Shown here one piece after another: positions 6,521 to 11,115 of a DNA stretch of 11,115 nt (position 1 is its first letter; every line of letters starts with the position of its first letter). Source of the DNA: an uncultured archaeon (GTDB lineage: Archaea; Asgardarchaeota; Lokiarchaeia; Sigyniarchaeales; SOKP01). The DNA is taken from positions 1 to 11,115 of the forward strand of contig CAYLZE010000143.1 of the NCBI GenBank assembly GCA_964388035.1. The letters are read 5' to 3'. A model generated the notes under the pieces. It saw only the letters and a list, made by a program, of their open reading frames with translations. It had not been told where the DNA came from and made no database searches. The position numbers and the translations under genes were made by a program.

Positions 6521-7807
6521 ATGGAAGCCACGAAGGAAAATTCAACAGTAACCAAGGAATTTCCGATTAAGGATAACGATGGGAACGTGGTGCTAACCAT
6601 TAAACTCATTGAGGGCAAGACAAGGGTCTTTAATGACGATAAGCCCCTAATGCTGTGCATTACGGTCCCCGTAGAAATCCCCATGGAAAATGTAGGGGAA
6701 TTCAGCGAGATCGAGTCCATCAATGACGTTCTGGATGCATATGGATACGACGATGAGGAGGCATTTCCAAGGGGGGACTTAAAAATCACGCCCGAGCTTA
6801 ACTTTTTTGTCACGTGTTCCAATCTTCAGACCTGGGTGGAGAATGATTATGACACGCACTTGATTGATTATCGTCTGGTATTTCCGCTATTGATTAGCTT
6901 GGCGGAGAGCGGGAATGCCCATGCAGAAGTACGGTTAAAAGAGGAGATTGCCCGGAGATATCATTCGGGGTATGAGGGTGTGAGGGAATTCTTGGATGGG
7001 ACGGGAATTGCACAAATGCTAACCCCCGAAGAGCATTATGCTCCCTTGCCCCTTGAAATCCAGGTGCCGATGGTTCAAATACGGACACGAATTGGGGGTA
7101 AGGAAATCATTAAGAACGGAAAAGTCCTCAAATTAAGCACGTATAGGGATAAATATTCGGATTATTATAAGAAATGGCTCTCGCTTGAGGATATTCGCAT
7201 TATTCAGGAAGCAGTCTCGAAATTGCAAACATTAGAGGAATTAAAATTAACTCTTTGGGATGAGCAATGGGACGGAATTGCTACACTCCAAGGTGATTTT
7301 CCCCATTTACATTCACTAGAAATTTCCATTCCACATTTGGGAAATTTATTTGACGACCCCGCCCGCTTCCCTTCATTAAAGAAATTACTTGTGGGTTCTA
7401 GAGACGAGACACTTACCGAATCCATAGCAAATCTCAAGCATCTCACGGATTTAGAATTGTACGGAATAGGAGCGCTCCCCGAATCCTTCGGCAAGTTGGA
7501 GAAACTGGAGTGCTTGGAAATCACCCGATGCCCAATTGAACACCTTCCCGAATCCTTCGGCAACCTCAAGAACTTGAAGGAGCTTAGAATCACGGAATGC
7601 AAGTTACAAGAATTGCCTGAATCATTCTCCAATTTAAAAAAATTGAAATCTTTAACTATATATAAAAATCAATTAGATCGATTTCCTTTAGAAAGATTAC
7701 CTTTAAAATCATTAGAACATATAAATCTAAGTGGTAATAAAATACCCTATCTTTCAAAAGAAATTGAAAATTTTCATAAAATTAGAAGATTCTATTCAAC
7801 CATCTAA
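6521..7807 (+). CDS. Leucine-rich repeat protein with Lokiarchaeia-type N-terminal domain
   Basis: C-terminal 23-aa LRRs (LPESFGKLEKLECLEI, LPESFGNLKNLKELRI, LPESFSNLKKLKSLTI, LEHINLSGNKI). The N-terminal ITPELNFFVTCSNLQTWVENDYDT...FPLL...L...G block resembles, from memory, the N-terminal domain of an expanded Loki LRR family. Confidence 0.9.
   Translation: MEATKENSTVTKEFPIKDNDGNVVLTIKLIEGKTRVFNDDKPLMLCITVPVEIPMENVGEFSEIESINDVLDAYGYDDEEAFPRGDLKITPELNFFVTCSNLQTWVENDYDTHLIDYRLVFPLLISLAESGNAHAEVRLKEEIARRYHSGYEGVREFLDGTGIAQMLTPEEHYAPLPLEIQVPMVQIRTRIGGKEIIKNGKVLKLSTYRDKYSDYYKKWLSLEDIRIIQEAVSKLQTLEELKLTLWDEQWDGIATLQGDFPHLHSLEISIPHLGNLFDDPARFPSLKKLLVGSRDETLTESIANLKHLTDLELYGIGALPESFGKLEKLECLEITRCPIEHLPESFGNLKNLKELRITECKLQELPESFSNLKKLKSLTIYKNQLDRFPLERLPLKSLEHINLSGNKIPYLSKEIENFHKIRRFYSTI
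7478..7632 (+). repeat. Nucleotide-level 69-bp-period repeat of LRR units
   Basis: CCCGAATCCTTCGGCAA is exact at 7478-7494 and 7547-7563; a diverged third copy CCTGAATCATTCTCCAA lies at 7616-7632. Confidence 0.9.
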
Positions 7808-8313
7808 ATAAAAACTAATTCTTTATCTTTATATTTTCCTAAAACAAGTAAATCTTTCTCTATTGTGCGAAAGTCATAAATGGCTAGCTCTTGATTTAAC
7901 ATAGATGCAGCAATATAGAGACTATATTTTGATTTATACAAAGTTATAACTAAGTATTTCAAAACATCATCAATCGAAACCCAATCTTTGCGAGTAATCT
8001 CATCATGATATGCGAGAAAATTCGGAATATCCCCGGGTGCGAAAATGCCCGGCTGTGGAAAACCACATTTTCCATACCATTGGACATATCCATTATACTC
8101 CCCTCTTAACCAAATGTATAAATATCCATCGTGCTGCGCGCGATAGGCATCATCTTCCCACATTAATTTTAACTTAGATCCTCCTAAACATTTACTAACT
8201 ACTGGAAACCGATGATCCCTCAAAGTGTCCGTGCCGTAAATTCCGTATATGTTCGCAAGGAGGATAAAATTATTTTTTTTGGCGCCATTCTTACTCAACA
8301 AATACGTCTTCAT
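7804..8313 (-). CDS. Hypothetical protein (169 aa), no recognised family
   Basis: ATG-started 510-nt ORF in an AT-rich genome, filling the gap between the LRR and M20 genes. Its stop overlaps the LRR stop by 4 bp (convergent). Confidence 0.7.
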   Translation of the reverse strand: MKTYLLSKNGAKKNNFILLANIYGIYGTDTLRDHRFPVVSKCLGGSKLKLMWEDDAYRAQHDGYLYIWLRGEYNGYVQWYGKCGFPQPGIFAPGDIPNFLAYHDEITRKDWVSIDDVLKYLVITLYKSKYSLYIAASMLNQELAIYDFRTIEKDLLVLGKYKDKELVFI

Positions 8314-8430
8314 TTATACTTTTTATATATATAATTGTTATAATACTAAAATTATAAAAACTTTCACACAATTGAAGAAAAAATTAGTTAATAGTATTGA
8401 CGTGTTGATTATTAAGATAAAGCAAGATTA

Positions 8431-9837
8431 TTAATCGAATGAAGTGGAGAAAAACTTAAAAAAATAATAAAAAGCTAGTCGCATGGGAAGGAGGGAGTCT
8501 ATCTGGATAAACTCATTAGGTGCATGAGCATTTCCACCGATCCCTAATCCTCCAACGAGAAAATCTAACCCCAATTCTTTTTTTATTACGCTTAATGGAG
8601 CTGCAGCTGCACTGAAAGGCCATAGTTGGGTAGAAACCCCTACTTTTTCGAAGGATGTTATTAAGCTTCTTGTTAGAGCTGAATTTTGATCGATTCGAGA
8701 TCCTTCATATCCGACGTTCTGGGATAATGTAATTTTTACGGCATGAAGTAATGAAAACTCATTGACCATGGTGTTGATTTCCCTAAAAATTGTATTTATT
8801 GAGACTTCATTAGCAAATCTGATATCGACCACACATTCAGCCACATTTGGTATTGTATTTTGGATTCCACTTCCCATGTATCCTGATTTTAGGGTAGAAA
8901 TGTTAAAAGAAGGTTTATATAAATAATTCAAGAATAGATCTTTAAAATCATGATTAGGAATTGATTCAATCCCTATTTTGCTCAGAAAATCATTAAAATC
9001 TATTTCATTCATCAGTTTTTTAATTAATTCGGAATCTTCATCGGAAATAATGGGTTCTGCACTGAGGCAATTTATTTTAAATTTTTCTCCGTCATAAATT
9101 CTGGTAATTAGATTAATTAGAAGCATTGCAGCATTAGGGATTATTGAATTATAAGAGGAATGCAAGGTTTTATTTAATGTTTCAAGCTTTAAGGTGAAGG
9201 ATAAGATTCCTTTATATCCCAATTTCACTATTGCTTTTTTGGATAGAGATTGCTTTGCAGAGGGATAAAAGGACCCCAAGCATTTGGGAAGGGTAAATTT
9301 TTTCATTTTGATGTACTTGAGGAGCGTGGGAGAACCAATTTCTTCTTCGCCATCAAATAATAAGTAGAGAGTAATAGGAAGGGCTTCATGGACTTTTAAA
9401 ATCTTAATTATGTTCAAAAACGCGATGAGTGGGGTTTTTGAATTATATGCCCCTCGAGCAATCACGCACTTCCCTAAAGATGTTAAATCCGGTAAGGTTC
9501 TCACTTCAGCACCGAAAGGAGGGCCAATCCAATCGGAGGGTTTACTCACGGGTTGCGTGTCATACATCATGTAGATTAATAATGATTGTTTTGAATTTCC
9601 GTCAACCTTGGCGAGGATTAAAGGATTCCTTCCAGCGATAAATTCCTTGGTTTCCGAGGCAAAATCTTTTATATAATCAAGAAGAAAATTTTTTGCTTCA
9701 AGGATACCCTTTGAATTGATAGTATAACTTGGAATTCTTAAAAATGGCAATAGTTCCCACTCAATAAAGTTTTCATTAGTAAGCGAAATCTCACGTTCAA
9801 GAAAGTCTTTTAAATCCGACATTGGATTGTGATTCAT
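8431..9837 (-). CDS. M20/M25/M40 family metallo-hydrolase (ArgE/DapE/CNDP-like) with atypical metal-binding motifs
   Basis: Family layout YMMYDTQP...W...PF, ARGAYNSK, GEEEIGS, GYKG, LHSS, NTIP...DIR, NAHAPNE; 468 aa. Confidence 0.9.
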   Translation of the reverse strand: MNHNPMSDLKDFLEREISLTNENFIEWELLPFLRIPSYTINSKGILEAKNFLLDYIKDFASETKEFIAGRNPLILAKVDGNSKQSLLIYMMYDTQPVSKPSDWIGPPFGAEVRTLPDLTSLGKCVIARGAYNSKTPLIAFLNIIKILKVHEALPITLYLLFDGEEEIGSPTLLKYIKMKKFTLPKCLGSFYPSAKQSLSKKAIVKLGYKGILSFTLKLETLNKTLHSSYNSIIPNAAMLLINLITRIYDGEKFKINCLSAEPIISDEDSELIKKLMNEIDFNDFLSKIGIESIPNHDFKDLFLNYLYKPSFNISTLKSGYMGSGIQNTIPNVAECVVDIRFANEVSINTIFREINTMVNEFSLLHAVKITLSQNVGYEGSRIDQNSALTRSLITSFEKVGVSTQLWPFSAAAAPLSVIKKELGLDFLVGGLGIGGNAHAPNEFIQIDSLLPMRLAFYYFFKFFSTSFD

Positions 9838-9975
9838 CTTATTTTAAAATAACTCAAGCATGCTATAAAAAAGTTATTCCCTAATTTTTAAAAAAAAAAA
9901 TGAAAAATAAGAAAAAACTTCGAAAATTTAATCATGAAAGTAATTGATTATATTTTAGCTTCACGATGATATAAT

Positions 9976-11115
9976 TTAAGATTGGTCATCAATTTGTTTC
10001 AGATATTTAAAGCACAGCTCTAGAAATTGGTCAAGTGCTTCAGGATCGACCACTTCGGGAGTATCTAATCGCGTATGATAGTAAGGAGGTAATCCTTCCT
10101 CTAAATTTAATCCGCCAATGGAAGCACAAGGAATTTTAACTTTCGAAAAACTTGCTCCATCTGTAGCACCGAATGGCAAGGATGCGATTGTGGTTTTGGG
10201 ATTTATATCTTGTGCTATTTCATATAATGCATTACAGACTGCTGAGTCGTGTTTTGCCCCAATACCTGACTCTTTATTTAGGATGAAGATAACTTCTTTT
10301 TTTCCGATGCCATCCATGTTTACAACAATCGCCCGATTTTCTTGTAATTCAGGTAAATGCTTATTTATATATCTTTTAGAACCACGAAGTCCAGCTTCTT
10401 CTCCGGCAAAGCTTACGAGTAAAACGCGGGTATGCTTTGGAAAAAGACTTTCATCATTTTTTTTAGACGCTAGATATTTTCCGATACCCAACACCACCGC
10501 AACACCTGATAAATTATCAAACGCGCCTAATACGGGTTTATAGCTATGAAAGAATATATAAATAAGGATTATGGGAAGTAAACATAAATACACGATACCA
10601 AGGATTAAGAAGAGTAAAGGAAGCTCAATCGAGGAAAGGAAAAAAATCAATTTTAAGATTATACCAATTAATACCAAGACTACACCTAAATATCCTAGAT
10701 TAATAATGATTTGACCAAAGCGCTTTAGATAATAAAAAGTGTTAAATTCAAATGCAGAGTCGTGATGGGCGGAAAAGATGAGATCCCTTTTCACTTCCTT
10801 TGAAGGATTGATAATTCCGATGACATTTTTAGATTTTTTTTTAGAAAATAAAAAATCATACACTTCAAAATATTTCATGACTTCCAGGATGAAATAGCTT
10901 ACCGTGAATACTATCAATACAATGGCCAGGATTAAAATAGCCAAATTGACGGGAGCAGAAAACGCAAGGACTTTTAGATCATTTAATACGCTTAACCAAT
11001 ATAAAATGATCGAAACGAATACCAAAAATGCACCGTACCGAATACCTCCGAGGAAGGCGTGAGGATTACTTGTATATTCTTCTTGAGAGGTTTCATCACA
11101 GGTCTTTTTTAATTC
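9976..11115 (-). CDS. M28 family zinc peptidase with transmembrane insertions, 5' end beyond window edge
   Basis: Intact ligand motifs SAHHDS, GAFDNLSG, GEEAGLRGS, VNMDG and YYHTRLD. The frame stays open upstream of the track's TTG at 11025 to the window end (ELKKTCDETSQEEYTSNPHAFLGGIRYGAFL...), so the true start is outside the window. Confidence 0.92.
   Translation of the reverse strand, partial: ELKKTCDETSQEEYTSNPHAFLGGIRYGAFLVFVSIILYWLSVLNDLKVLAFSAPVNLAILILAIVLIVFTVSYFILEVMKYFEVYDFLFSKKKSKNVIGIINPSKEVKRDLIFSAHHDSAFEFNTFYYLKRFGQIIINLGYLGVVLVLIGIILKLIFFLSSIELPLLFLILGIVYLCLLPIILIYIFFHSYKPVLGAFDNLSGVAVVLGIGKYLASKKNDESLFPKHTRVLLVSFAGEEAGLRGSKRYINKHLPELQENRAIVVNMDGIGKKEVIFILNKESGIGAKHDSAVCNALYEIAQDINPKTTIASLPFGATDGASFSKVKIPCASIGGLNLEEGLPPYYHTRLDTPEVVDPEALDQFLELCFKYLKQIDDQS

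Noticed and set aside
6996-7281. Near-identical ATGGGACGG(G)AATTGC at about 6996-7011 and 7267-7281
   Set aside because: Short, differs by an indel and is partly explained by shared GIA codons; no reverse transcriptase or template-repeat pattern to suggest a DGR.
5770-7632. ORFs 5770-5973, 6499-6822, 6894-7088 and 7204-7632
   Set aside because: Antisense shadows of the GTPase and LRR genes.
5619-7807. GTPase + LRR as a split Roco protein
   Set aside because: The genes are divergent, no COR domain is seen, and the GTPase has RabF motifs.
8249-10543. + strand ORFs 8249-8434, 9429-9641 and 10118-10543
   Set aside because: Antisense to, or overlapping, better-supported minus-strand genes; low-complexity or featureless translations.

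Overview
AT-rich archaeal window that looks like Asgard archaea (Lokiarchaeia/Promethearchaeota). This is inferred from gene content: a roadblock/LC7 protein, a membrane protein with a C-terminal longin-like domain, a Rab-like small GTPase, and an LRR protein with a Loki-type N-terminal domain. Gene order: roadblock (-, runs off left edge, absent from the ORF track); 12-TM MFS-like protein fused to a longin-like domain (-); CTP-dependent polyprenol/DAG kinase (+); HAD-IIA phosphatase (+); ~1.18 kb without a long ORF, containing a 268-bp TAA-flanked, hairpin-rich element; Rab-like GTPase (-); LRR protein with mosaic GC content (+); orphan 169-aa ORF (-); M20 hydrolase with degenerate metal ligands (-); membrane-anchored M28 peptidase (-, runs off right edge). 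The most interesting candidate system is the MFS-longin fusion with its adjacent roadblock gene and nearby small GTPase, a possible archaeal 'transceptor' nutrient-sensing module. The structured intergenic element is second. No rRNA, tRNA, CRISPR array or transposase was seen.
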